Positions 1-13,592 of a stretch of 64,000 nucleotides of DNA are shown piece by piece; the stretch's first letter is position 1, and each line of letters starts with the position of its first letter. Origin of the DNA: Macrostomum lignano. Taxonomy: Eukaryota. The DNA lies in contig NIVC01000028.1 in the NCBI GenBank assembly GCA_002269645.1, positions 1 through 64,000 on the forward strand, written 5' to 3'. The position numbers were made by a program, and so were the translations under genes. Below the pieces are notes generated by a model that worked only from the letters and a program-made list of their open reading frames with translations, had not been told where the DNA came from and did no database searches.

Positions 1-800
1 GGTAAAAAACATGAGATTACCTCATGCGGATGCCATCTGAAGATTGCCTACGGATGGTTGTTTCAGAAGGGACAAATCGGCTACTGAAGTCGTGAGCAAA
101 ATAGCAAAATAGCTGCTCTGGACCTCGCTTTTTCGATAAGTTGCCACTCACTGTGGATCGAATGGAGCAAGGGTTAACGGCAGACCAGGAACTCAAAGAG
201 GTTATACATACAATGCAAAAGGGCAAGGACCTACCGGAGCAATTTGCGAAAGTAGCTGAGCTGCAAGGAACATGTGCTGCTGTTGGATCAGCGTAGCTCG
301 TATTCTTACGCCAGTGAGATTGAGACCACAGATTATCAGATACCTGCACAGTGGCTTTTCTCGATATTTGAGTGAAACAGTCCAGGACATGCCAGCAAAT
401 GAGACCATCAAAGAAACCTGCATTGAAGCCTTGACAGGTACCAAAGCGACATGGTCAAGACTACATGCTTACTTAGGACAGCTGGACGGAAGCAACTTCC
501 TAGTCATTGCTGATGCCAAACAGACTCTGGTTATTAAGGTGCTGCGTCGGACATATTTCAACTACGGAGTTCCTGACGTGCTTGTCACTGACAAATGAAG
601 GTAGCTCGTTGCTAGTGATACGGAAGCTTTGGCTCAAAATAATGGGTGCTTTGCACCTAAATCAGGTGGCTGAAGGTGAAGCTGAAGCAGCTGAGCGAGG
701 TAGATCCGGAGATTTGCAAGCAACAGGCACTCTATGGCGTCGCGTCTACCCCAGAAACCTAGCAGCGCACATTGTCAGGAGATGATTAGATGCAGCTTCA
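1..800 (+). mobile_element. Degenerate Ty3/gypsy LTR-retrotransposon pol fragment (end of RNase H, integrase zinc-finger region, start of integrase core)
   Basis: HADAI*RLP at ~23-49 matches the NADALSRLP motif ending gypsy RNase H. RILTPVRLRPQIIRYLHSG resembles the RVVIP..LR..VL..LH.GH integrase zinc-finger lead-in. FLVIADA..VIKVLRRTYFNYGVPDVLVTD resembles the rve core. In-frame stops and frameshifts are present. The right boundary is approximate. Confidence 0.8.
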
Positions 801-1363
801 AAAATTGAATGACGCTAATGTATCGGCGGTCATATGAGAAAACCACTGCAATAGAGAGTGAAGAGAAAGTTGATGCAAGAGGCGGTGGAAGACGAGCTAC
901 ATCTGGTGGCCTGCGGACCAGTCATTGAATGAACAAGGCCAATCCTTAAGCCCTTTTTATTTATCACAGTGGTGTCTCCATGACTGCTTATATACGCGGT
1001 CATAGTTCTTTCGGCCAGCGTTTCTTAGCTGGCTTTTTTCCACATTTGTTTTTTTTTCCTAAGAAATTTAAAATACTGACTCTAACACTGATATACGAAC
1101 TCATACAAGGATACGGATACTTAAGTTCTATTTAACGAAATGAAATAGCTGCATATCCAGCTACTCATGCGTAAGCGGCCTCTAATAAACACATTTGCTG
1201 CGATAGAAACATGAAACACTAGTTTCACGGGCAGCGTTCGCCGCAACACAAAACATAGTTTTCAATGTGGTATTTTTGCGTTTTAAAAAGGCAATACTCG
1301 TAGCAGTAAATTTTACCAAAAGGTTTCTACGCATTTTAGGTTCCCGATTGAGCCGCAGTGCAG

Positions 1364-4300
1364 GGAACCTCAGTACAACATAAAGTACAACGTGACTACT
1401 TCCATGTCAGCAACATTGAAAAAGCAGTCAGTTTTGATCTGCCTCAGGCAATCGTGTCCTGTCAAATCGATCCCGTTTTGTGCCACTCCATTCAGATGGC
1501 ATCCGATGCGGAAATTGTATTGTCGGGTGAATATGCCAATCACAGCAACTCCAGTGGGCCTGAAGCAAGCCGCACGTTTCTTATTGAACAACTGTGCTTA
1601 GGTAATGAATTTACTACTAGCGTAGTATATGAAATAAGCAATTGTATAGATTTTCTGTATTTACTTGCAGATCTCTGTTCTGAAATGGACCTTCTCAGCA
1701 CCGGAGTAGCGCAAGCTCTAGTGCGATCTGATAGCACACACTCAACAGTACCCATTGATCGAATCCGAATGACTCAACCTGCTGTGGTTGCTGATGCTGC
1801 TGTCAGCGCTACAGAAGTTACGGTATGTAGTGGAGTAGGAATGTTGCCATAGATGTTTCTATCCCTTGCATCCTCAGCCTCTTGCATCCTCGTTCAATCA
1901 ACTTACCTGCAGATCAAATTCAGCCAACCAGTTTTGGTAGTGGCTATGTCCGTTTTGGGCCCTGGTCTTCGAATTACTGATTTGTCTGGACAGCCTAAAA
2001 CTTTCACTGAGCTGAAAGTGGATATTTTAGATCAAAGTACCGGAAGTTTCGTGACGGAAAGCGTCAGTTTTAACAGCGTAATGACAATTTTATTGTGTGC
2101 TAGTGCAAGGCGAGTATATGGTTCATTTCTTTGCTGTTTACTCATCCAGAGCTTATCATCTTCTATTTTAGCAATCTCCGCTGGATGCTCAAGGTCAGCC
2201 TTACCTGCTGAAGTTTCGCAAAATCATTGTCACTCGTCACGTCAGAGCATTTCCCCAACCTCGTGTGGCCATCAAGCTTGAGCTTTTTGGATGCGTCCTG
2301 GATCTGGGGGAGTTCAGTTGCGTCAACAAAACCAGCCTCAGCATTCTTTCGCGCCACGTGCGCTGCTTTGGAAACTGGCCTGTCGTGTACTGGAATTTCG
2401 ACACGAAATTTCAAATGAACCAATCAATTTTGAGATACTCTGGCGGCTTCTGGAGCAGTCAATTCAATGAGTCTGAGTCTAACTCATCATGGACTGGACT
2501 CAACGCTATTTCACTTTTGTCTCTGGTGTCTCAGTGGCGTCTTAGGATCGATGCCTGGCTTCAGGACGGCCGGTTCAGATACATCGAATGCTTTGTCTTC
2601 AGAGTGGCTCAGAAAGTTGATAGATTCATGCTCAGAGTCTCTGACTGCGATGGAGGTGACTTCAATGGCTCTGCATTTCAGGCTCTGAATGGCAGCAGCT
2701 TCTCAGCCCGTGACTCTGGGGACAAAGCGGACGCAGCAATCGCTTCTGGCAGCGGATGGTGGTTTGGAAGCGATTCTGCAGCACCGAAAATGACCGGATC
2801 TGGAACGGATGGAGCTGATGATGTCATGCAATGGGCTGGCGGAGAAGAGATCTCTGCGGTGCAAATGAGAATTTTGCAGCTAACTGAAATTGAAACAGGT
2901 GAGCATCGAATTCGGTTTACTGCATAACGAATTACCCGTCAAACCAATCAATCACGACCTTCATCAATGTTACTTCAGCTGCTGCATACGACTCGGGCTG
3001 TTTCTCCGATGCCAGCTGCACTCTCTCGAATCACACAGTCTGCAAAGCGTGGCAGGGCAACCGAACTTTGGCTTGTCTCTGCCGAATCGGATACAGATGG
3101 CACAGAGGTCGCTGCAAGCCAGGTTAGCATTTCTAACTAACCTTTGATTCAAATAACAAGCTTTAGTGTACTCAACAACATTGAAAAGTCGTTACCTTTG
3201 AGAGGTATTGACTTTTGAGTGACGTAACTTGCGCCACGCGACGCAAAGTTGGGCTGGGTGAGGAGGGGTTGGGAAGAGCGGAGGACTGAATTGGATGGAT
3301 TGAAGCTTCCGCCCGGTTTTCATTGTTTCTCAAGCATTTTTAACTATAAAAATGGTTTGACAGATGATAGACACTGGTAAAAAGACATTGCTCACTGGGG
3401 CAAAGGGTGGCGACTTTTCAATTTTGCTGAGTATAGATATTTTTGCGCAATTTAAGCAATTAAACCTTAATTTTCAGAGGTAGACATGGCAATTAGAAGC
3501 TCGTTAGCACAGGCTCCATATCTCGTCAGGCATGAGCAATCAACGGTTACATGGCAGCTGCGTCTACAAGCCGTAAGCGGAGTCAGTGGCTTTCCATCAG
3601 CGACTCAACCAAATTTAAGATTCTTCATCGGTGCAGAGGCACCAAATGCGACGCAGTTCGAAATGCACGCAGTGAAATCAGGTGCCGCCAGTGCTGGATG
3701 GGACATCGGTCAGGAGGAGGACCTCAAGTTGAACGGATCCATCGTTCTTCCATCTGGAAGCCGATGCCTCGATATCAACCGGCTTTGCATCACCGTCTCG
3801 GCTGACCTTGACGCAGCCTTTGTGGAGGCAGACGAGAGGGACAACTGTGTTTGTGAGCTTGTGGTGCCCATTTGCCAGCCGGAAATAGATGTTTCGCTGG
3901 TGCTAAAACCATTCCAGACAGTCATTACCAGAGGTGTCGCTGGCCAGCTCTCTCTCACTGCGGAGGTAACTGCCACTAACGCTGCTCCTCACGATATTGC
4001 TGAGGTTCAGGATACCGACTCAAACTTTGTGCTTAAGTCAGTGCTATCAAGGAGCAACTGTTCGATTCAAACAGCTGACTGTATTACAGCAGACACCACT
4101 GTGATGCTAGTGATGGTTGGCGATGGAGATGCAGCTGTGAGACAAAATGGAGTCGTCAGGGGCTCAGCAATGCTAGTTCCGTAAGTATCTATTTAGAAAT
4201 TCCAAAAAATATTGTTAATTTCATTAATATTTTCTCTTTCAGAATAAACACAACCGAAATTGTACTGAACCTGAGCGTTTGCGAGGCATCGCGCTACATC

Positions 4301-7300
4301 TGCGTTACAGTTGAAGCTGGAACCAACGCGAGCTACAAAGACCTTGCGCTCGAAAACAACTTGCAATGTACTCCGATTTCCTTGAACTGTACGCCTTATG
4401 CGGATGTGAGCATGGCCAACTCATTAACCTTCGTGGCTAATGGCAGTTGGCTGTCACAATACCCAGCCTTGCTTGTAGTCGATCACTCGTTTTATCTGCA
4501 ATCTGGAGTTCCAGTAGAGCCCGTGCCGGCTGGAACAAATCGCACAAACTTTGAGTTTCAATTATTTCTAACAGACGAAAACTCAACTCTCCGTGTGCCA
4601 TCATTAAGGACTGCAGTTTGTGACGAGGCTGAGAAGCGACAGGGACTCACCCACAACGCGACTGTGACGTGTCAATACATGTTCAACGTGTCGAAGACTG
4701 TGTGTCCCATGCTCAGTCTGCTATGCTCAGAACTGTTAATTGGCTCAGGCGCTTCTTACACCCAGTCTGTACCAGCAAACAATATTCGATGCAGTTCTCT
4801 AGCAGACAGAATTTCTTGCCGCGACTCTCCAATAACCAACTTTTCCTGCTCATCTCTGACACAACTGATTCTGGAATTTAACTCAACAGTTCAACTGCAG
4901 CTTAGTTGGTCATCTGGGTCTGCAATTCAAACGAATGTCACATTCGAAAGAGTTGGTTCCGTTGTTTGGAACTGGAACACAGCAGGTCACGTGCACAGCT
5001 TTGCGTCATATATACAGTCTATTTCGTTTGATTTTACCGATCACGTTGGACACTTTAATGTTTCCTGCGATGCTTGGAACGACGCTGGTTTCGTCTCAAA
5101 GCAGCTGGAGTTAGAAGTTGTTCCAGATCTGAGTAGCATTCTAAGCGTAACGCTTCCGGCTGTAGAAACTCCCGCGCCTGTCAAACAGAACCTTACATTT
5201 CGAATGCTGTATGGCAGCGATATTTCTGCCACAGAATACTCCTGTCTGCTTCAGACAAAATATTTAGAAGTGAATTTTACGGATCTAACTCTGAAGAGGA
5301 GCGAGCCACTGTTCGTTCCTATAGAGTTCCTAACCGATGTTCCATTTTTGTTATTAAATGTCTCCTGCTGGAACGCCCTGTCGGTCAGAAATAATTCTCT
5401 CTACGTCATCCTGCAGCAAAACATTACCGGCTTGCGATTGGAGGTCTCACAGCTGCTGCGAACTTATCAGTTTGGTTATTTAATGATCTCAGCTGAAACT
5501 GGCTCCCACGTAAATTTTCTGGTCAGCTTTAGCAACGGCAGTACACTCGATATTAATTCAAACCAGTCAGTGCATGCTCCCACACAGCTCAACCTGTCAC
5601 TTCTGTTTTCGAGTCCCGGAGTTCACACGATAGAAGTCACTGCTACGAATTTCCACACCCATGCAGCTCAATCAGCAATTGTCATTGTTCAAGAGCCAGT
5701 AAGCAACCTTACAGTGTCTGCTCCGCCGTTTGTGAATGACTCACAACTCGGCCTGACTGCCCAAGTTGGCTTTCTTCAGCGAATGCCTACAAACGCCTCG
5801 TGCAATGCAACATTCGGGAAGCAAAGCAGAACATGGAATGTGGAATCGCTCACGATCGAATTGAACTTCACCTGCCAGGCTGAAATCACAGCGAGACCTT
5901 GGAATCTCACGCTCAGCTGCTCAAACCTGGTGAGCTATGAAGAAACCCATACTACTGTATTCTGTCAGCAAAGCATTCAAGGAGCAAGAGTCTTTGGACC
6001 AGTGGCTCATCCGGCTGGCAGTGAGCTCAGTCTAAAACTCAGCTTTGATCGAGGCTCAAATATCCTTGTTGTGACACATCTCGGCGACTCCGATATAAAG
6101 AATATGTCCCTTCTGTTTGGTAGCACACAATTTATAAATCACACCTATGCAGACGCGGGGAACTACACCGTCAGAGTACTGCTCTACAATCAGGTCAGCA
6201 TAGTAGAGCTCTTGTTCGGACCAATAGTTGTTCAGGAAACTATTGCGAATGTCGAAATTCGATACCCGCACACAGTGCTGTACACTCCAGCAATTGTCAA
6301 CTTCAGCTTAAGTGGACCAGCATACAGAAATGTTCACTGTCAGTTCAGATTTTCAAAGTTTGGCTCAGGCTATCTATATATTCCCCAACTCAATGAATCT
6401 GCTTTGTTCGAGCGCAGCTTCCCTCGCGAAGCGCTTGGAGCCTGGAACTTTTCGGTGAACTGCTCCAATATGGTCTCGTCGTGGCTAAAAATTCTGCCAG
6501 TGTTCATTGAGCTGGATGCCGTCATCATTGAAAATTTACAGCCAAACGGTACTGCGTTCTACACTAACGCTTCTTATATGACCCTAAATATAGCCAGGTT
6601 TGGCACCCACGGCTGCTTTGTTGTCAACTTTGGTGACAACTCTTCTGGTGAATCTTTCGGTGCTGCAGATCTGTGCGCACCGTATAGTATGCGAGTTGGT
6701 GCCAATTTCACTAAACTACCTTATGATACTCGGATAGTGCATCTTCAGCATACGTATCCGGCAATCGGTGAATATATAGCCACTGCTTTGGCGTTCAACC
6801 ATGTTAGCAACGACACGGCTCAGTGCTCCATCATTGTCAACGACTGGTACTGCGAGCGTCCGCTCATCAACTTCACTGTCAACGGAATCCTGGTGAATCT
6901 CACTGACCCTACTGAACTCCCGCCAGAGATCATGAGGTCATCCGATGTAATCATCGAAGCCCTTCCGTTCATAAACTGCTCAAAAACATCCATCACAATT
7001 TGTTCCTGGTCAATAAAAGATTCGGCAGGAAATGAGCAGAACCATTTGTCATATCATGATTCGTTTACTTTCAACATCTCGAGGCTTAGTCTATGGTACG
7101 GAAAGTACAGAGTGTCACTCAATGTATCGATGTCGGGCGTTCAGCCTCCAGTGTGGTCAACCTCACAGCTGACTATCAACATTGTCAAGACGCCGATTAA
7201 GGTGTCCCGTATCGACGGGCCAGAAGTTGCGGCTTACAACAGCACGCTAAGCCTAAGTGTTGCAAACTCTACTCGCGACTTTGATGTCAGCGAGGGAAAT

Positions 7301-10300
7301 CTTACTGGCTTCAAATTTTACTGGGCGTGTTGGAGAGATGGATTGGAGGAGCCTCCAAAAGTTGACATGCTGCTGCCGAACATCACTGCACCATTAGTTT
7401 CCAATTCCAAAGTCTTTACTGGCTGCTATGGAAATGGTATCGGCCTCATCCATAGTGGGAGTGCAGCTACCATAGAAATTAACACCTATCACATGCTTCC
7501 AAACCACTCTTATGCCGTTCGAGTCACAGCCCAGAAAGACAGTCGCCAAGATGCCGCAATTTTGAATTTGTTAATTCGGCTACAGCCCGCGGCCATTCTA
7601 AGCATAAGGTAGAAAATATCATGTCCGAGTTAATATATGCTACCAATCTGACATGTATTGCTGCTCATTATCTCTGATTACAATCATTCCATTTCAGCTG
7701 CATCAAAAACTGCGACAAGAAAGTGAAGGCTTCGAGAGAGCTGCTTTATCAGGTTTCTTGTGTTCAGTTCTGTGGAACGAAATTCTCGAATGTTACATTT
7801 TCTTGGATAATAAGGCTCACGACTGATACTTTACCTCAGAGCAAGTTATTTGCTGGTAATTCATCTTTAATTGATATTCCCAGCAGTTCCCTCATCGAGG
7901 GTGGCGTTTACTTTTTGACGGTTCAAGGATCCTGCAAATGGTGTGACGGAGATACCTTAATAACGACCGCCCTCGTCGTGAACATTGCACCATCTGGAGG
8001 CAACTGCACTGTTGCTCCGCTGCAGGGATTTGCAATGGTGACAAAGTTTCAGATCTCCTGCTTTGACTGGAAAGAGTTTAACGTCACAGTCAGTCAATTA
8101 AACTACGAGTTCCGGGTGCGCCAGAAAGGCAGCAGGCGCAGCATTTTGCTGTTCAGCAGCTCCATATCGACCTCGCCGCTGGTTTTCTTTCCAGTTGGAT
8201 CAGAGACCGACGAATATCGGGAAGAGATTGTCGTGGCTGTTTCCGACAGCCTTGGAGACTCAAGAAATTTCGTATTTCAACTGCAGGTAGGTGTTTTATC
8301 TGGAGTATTGCTGAAATGTTCCTGCTACCGCACTTGAACTTCTTACTGACACTTTAGGTGTTTCCGCCACCTGTACCTGCTGAACAGCTAATCACCAACA
8401 TCAGCTCAATTTTCAATGGAGAAAACGACGAGCTTACAAAATTCCTGGACACTGGAAACCAGCAGGCAGCTTCCACGACTCTCATTTGCGTGGTGTCAGT
8501 TATGAACTCGCGTAACGATGATGCCGAAAGTGCCAATGCGAGTCAGTCGCTTAGGGAATTTTTCACCGAACAAATGTCTCAGGTAGGACAGATTTAGGAA
8601 TGAAAGCAAGCAGCTTAAACATATACGGCATCTGTAAATATTCCTTTCAATCTGAAAATTTTCAGCTCAGAACTCGCTACGTCAGCATCGTCAGTCAGTT
8701 TGCTGTAAACACAACCAACTCACTTGAGCAGACTAGTGAGCTGCTTAGAAGTGGAGCCGCCGAAAATCGAGTCACTCAGCTAGACATGACAGCTCAGGTA
8801 TTTAGTTATTAATTGTGTTTTCAAAAAATTTCTTAAAATAAAAATAATAACGAAATCATATAACTTGTTGGGAATGAGTAAGCGGGTAAGTCTTTCTTAT
8901 ACTCGTAAAAAAACAAATAGATTTTAGACTAAGTAATATAGGCAGAGAGCCAAAGCCAACTTACCTCTAGATTTCCTGTCTAAACATCGGAATGTACGTG
9001 TCAGGGGGATTCAAATGCTTCGCTTATTTTATTACATCATCGGCGCTGCCTCTGCCCCCAGCAAAATGTTCTAAGTAATTTGAAACACATCCCCCGCGAA
9101 CACCGTTCAGAACCTCAGCTCCGGAAAGCTAGCAGAAGTTTCACTAAAGTACAAGGAAATGCGACACAACTTGACAAATGATGGCCGTTCGCTCATGGCC
9201 GAAGGTTAGTAAAAAACTGAATTAGATGAATATAGTGAAGACTGTTCTCTAATTTGAGCAAATTTACCCTTTTAGACCTGGTACTGACAGGATCTAACAT
9301 CTGGCTGGCATCCAGCCTCTCAATGAGGGCGGCAGAGCTGGCTGACAACAGCAGCTGCGAGTCCATAAGCTGCAACAGCAGCCTCGCTGAAACAAGACAA
9401 ATGCTGCGTACCGTGCTTGAGAAAGCCATCGACTCAATCAGCAGCATAACCGAAGATTTAATCACCGATTCAAATCAATACGCGATTTCAAACAACTGGA
9501 TCTCGGCAGTGGGCAGTCGAGGTACCAATTTGAGCTTCGAGGCGCCTCAGGGCAGCGTACAGATCGATGAGCCACCCCCTAGTGACTGCAGCAATGACGG
9601 AGGCATCAAGGCTCTTCTATCCCGCAAGAACCCATTTTTATGGCACGAGTCCTCGGCCTCAGTAGCATCCAGTGTACTTACAACTCGCCAAACACTGTGC
9701 GATCAAAGTTTACCCTCAAATACATCCTCTCGGGTCAGGCGTTCCGCTGTCTCTCAAGCATTTGCGGCCTCTTTGCTCATGTCCGTGCCAGATCCAATCA
9801 GCATCAATGCGACACCGTCGGACAAATGGCTGCAGATTCAGCACTCGTTTTCCATAAACAGCAATCAGCGGGTGATAGTTTTCCTGCAGCCACTTCAGCA
9901 GGGGCAAACTTTTGACATATTTGTGGCATCAGGGACACCACCTAATCCTCAAAAACACTTGTTAAACTTCACCTTGCCCAGTAACAAGTCTGTTAACTCA
10001 CAAGAGTCAACACGAATTCTCATCACCCCTGGACTTCTAAACGCATCAGCTACCAACTACATCAGCGTCAGGCGTCACGGTTGCTCGAGAGACCCGACTG
10101 GTCACGTGACTTGCTCCGATCCCACAGTCGCTTACAACTTCTCAATCATTGAGCTGTCCTGCAGGCATTGGGATGCTCTGGCGGCCTCGTGGGTTTTGCT
10201 GGGCCCAGAAAGCTGCCAGCTTGCAGAAGTGGCGGATACAAACAGAGTTTCCCTTCGATTCAATTTGCTTGGCAGCATTGGTGTTGGTCTCAATGTCTCA

Positions 10301-13300
10301 CCGAATCTCATCGACTTTGGCAGTCTTTTCAGCAACTGGCAGGGCAAGCTGGCCGACAGCGCGGCAGTCGTCGCCACCGTGGTAACTTTGTGGCTTATCT
10401 TCATTCCCATTGGTGCCATTTTGAGACGGGCTGACAAGGGAGATAGAATACTGGTTAGTTGTTTTGTTTTTAATACTTTCCTGCGAACACAAAGTATAAA
10501 AATCCAAAAAAATCTTTCAGTTTACCTACGAGCCACTAATAGATGACAAAAGTCTGGCACAGGTCTACCTTATCGATGTATTCAACGGAAAACTTGACTG
10601 CTGCATTCAACAGATCTGTATGACTGTTGTTGGAACAAAAAGCACAGAAAGTTCCAGAATTCTTGACGACGGAATCCGACAGGTGAGCTATTCTCAAAAA
10701 GCGTTTTGTTATAGACTTGCTTAACTAGATTCACATATTGATACGAAATTTCAGAGCTTTAAGAGCAGTTCTATCGATCGGTTCCGCATGACGACAAGCA
10801 GCAATCTAGGGGATATTCTCAAACTGCAACTGCAGCTGACTGCCGTGCATGAGGAATTGGAGCTCTGGATGCCGAGAAAGATCGTTGTCACCGACACAGT
10901 CACTGGAGCCATGTATGAGTAGTTTCTAAAGCCTGATAAATAAATCACTTTGGTAACGATGTCTAAAAGACTTAAAAGTACCATCTGTATTTAATTTTAA
11001 GGTACTTCTTCATACCGGACACCCCACTGACCGGTGACGGACAACCTGCATCAATTTATCTGTCCTCACAAGGCGATTTGAGACGTTCACCGGGTTTCCT
11101 CCGCCACAACTTTGGCCGCAAGCTCGAGGACGAGCACTTGTGGGTATCTGTGATGAAGCGATCTACTGAGACAAATTTCTCCAGACTGCAGCGCTTCACC
11201 ACCTGCTTCAGCGCACTCTTTATCACCATGGTGACGAATGCAATGTTCTTCGGAGTGGGCGATGCGATATCAGCAGGCCAGTCGGACCTCAAGCTTGGGC
11301 CGCTGACCATGTCAGTGGGCTCTTTGATTGTATCCGTGATTAGTGCACTCATTGTGGTGCCCGTCACTGCTGCCATCACGCTGATATTCCTAAAGTCAAG
11401 GCAATATCAAGAATCGGACTCTGGTAGTGGTGATTGGCAGCCTTCTCACCAACATTCGGACAGGCAGAATATCTATAGTGTAATTGAGGTAGGTATTCCT
11501 CCAAAATTATCGTATGTTTAACAAGATACGCAAAAAGATTTCGTTTACCTATTTCAGAGCGAATCTGATGAATCTGCAATCGAGTGGGACAGCCTGGAGT
11601 GCACCCCCATTCAGCCTCTAAAAGAGACAACTAAGCCAGTTCAGCTTCCTTACTGGTGTCAGTTTATTGGGTGGTTCATAGCGCTCAGCACCATCATTGT
11701 ATCAGGAGTCTTTATCGTTTTCTACGCAATGGATTGGGGGCAGGAGAAGTCGCAAAAGTGGCTGCTCTGCTTCATTCTTTCGTTTCTGGAAACGGCCTTC
11801 CTCATCCAGCCCATGAAGGTAGTCCTCATTGGATTCATATTTGTCATCGTGATGCGCAAGGACAGCGACGTAAAAAATTCGGAGCGCGTCAGGGTGATGG
11901 AGATCGACGAAGACGATAACTCATGTACGTATGTGAGTGAGAATAGCTTAATGTAGACAGGAGAATCACATTGTTCTCCATTTCAAATTGCAGGTCGCGT
12001 CTGCTACCTAAGCGAGCTGCAGAAGAAACCGCAGCCAGAAAAGCAGGCAGTGTTTTGCCATGGGCTGCAAGCCGGTCTGAGCCTTCTACAGTTTGCTCTG
12101 CTTTGTCTCGCCAGTACAGGCGCTGTCGACACTCGAGCATTTCGGTTGCACAGCAGCCTCTTGAATCATCTCAATTTGTCCTGTCTGCAGTCAGCCAGCG
12201 TTGCCAAGGCAGTGCTGCCTTGTCTATCCGAGTCTGTCGTTCCAGCGCTTTTTCCTACAGAGAGGTCGGCTCGGTCTGGGTTCATTGCTGACAATGCGGG
12301 CTTCCTGCTTGGATCACCTCGCCTGAGCCGAATTCAAAGTGCCGACTCGATGCAGTCAGCAGCCTTTGCATCGCAAATCGATGCCAGCAACGCTACAGAA
12401 GCTATCGATCTGCCAACCAGTTTAAATGCGACCATCAAAATGCTGCAGTCACTCTCTGATTTCAATTGGCTGAATGCCAACACAAGGAAAATCAAGCTGG
12501 GACTCAGCTTATTTTATCCAGATGCCTCTCTGTTCACTTACGCTGTCTTCACCATCAACTGTGAGTCTTTCGGAGGCTGCGAGTTGACTTGGAACATGGA
12601 CTCTGCACCGCTCAGTCGCTACGTTGGTGTCGTGGGTATCGTCCACCTCTGCGCTGACTGCCTGGCCGCTTTGGTGACCGTTATCTGCATTGGAGCTTCA
12701 ATGTACACCGCTGTGACTCTCGGATTTAAAGTGTTCGCTACATCTGGCTGGAACATCCTGGCCTTGGCGGCATTTGTGTTAGCAGCGATAGCCTGGGTCT
12801 GTCTGCTACTCCGTTGCTTGGCGTCTACTAGCGTCTCAAATCTACAGGCTGTGATGCAGTTGGATCGGCAGTTCTGCAACTGCCTCGCTGTCGCCACCTT
12901 CTTGCTACAGCTGCGGCTGCTTCAGCTGGCTAGGCTCACCCGACACCTGAGGCACCTTGTCGCCACAGTCAGCTGCTGTTTGACTCAGTTGGTTGCCTAC
13001 CTTGCTCCGCTGTCTCTGGTTTTTGCTGCTTTTGCCTGCCTGTTCTACCTCTCCATGGGCTCTCAACTCCGTCAATTCAGCTCGATGCCCGCCACTCTGC
13101 AGCACCTCTGCAACGCTGCCCTTGGGGCATCAGATTTTCGCAACGTTATGCAGCGGAACATCCTTAACCAACTCTGCTATCTGGGCTTTGTCTGCTTTCT
13201 TATTCTGGTGCTGATGAACATCTTCGTGGCTGTCATCAACCACGGCATCGGTTTGAGCAAGTCAAGGACAGACAACGAAGATCCGGATCAGCAGCTGGCG

Positions 13301-13592
13301 AGCTACATTGTTGAAGGTCTTCGCAATATTTTAGCACCCAGGAAGCATCGAACTAAACGGCTGAAAACTATTGGTGAGTGAATAGCCGTCTGTAAGGTTT
13401 AGGCCAAAAGTTTTGGTTCAGGCTTTGGGTGTTTCTTTAGCGGCCCATTTCCGCTTTAATTCCGCAGACCCGAGCAGGCAGTTGTCAGCATCCGTCAGTC
13501 GCCTGACAGCAACTTTAACTAATCTGGCTGGGCCATCATTTACGACAGCTGAGCAGGCCATTAGACGGGTAATCATCCCGGACAATTCATGA
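1364..13592 (+). CDS. Polycystin-1-like (PKD1L/REJ family) 11-TM receptor-channel subunit, ~3,490 aa, 5'-incomplete
   Basis: Exons: ~1364-1822, 1913-2077, 2172-2898, 2979-3122, 3478-4180, 4243-7608, 7698-8286, 8358-8582, 8666-8797, 9111-9204, 9276-10453, 10521-10682, 10755-10912, 11002-11488, 11558-11924, 11994-13373, 13468-13592. All introns are GT-AG, phases match and the total (10461 nt) is divisible by 3. Motifs: PKD-repeat ends (PGVHTIEVTATN, AGNYTVRVLLYN, IGEYIATALAFN), REJ (SCIKNCDKKV, PSGGNCTVAPLQG), GPS-like CRHWD...W, PLAT (VYLIDV...SFKSSSIDRF...LGDI), EHLWVSV, LPYWCQFIGW, KWLLCFILSFLE..LIQP.KV and C-terminal polycystin channel helices (ILVLMNIFVAVI). Confidence 0.93.
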
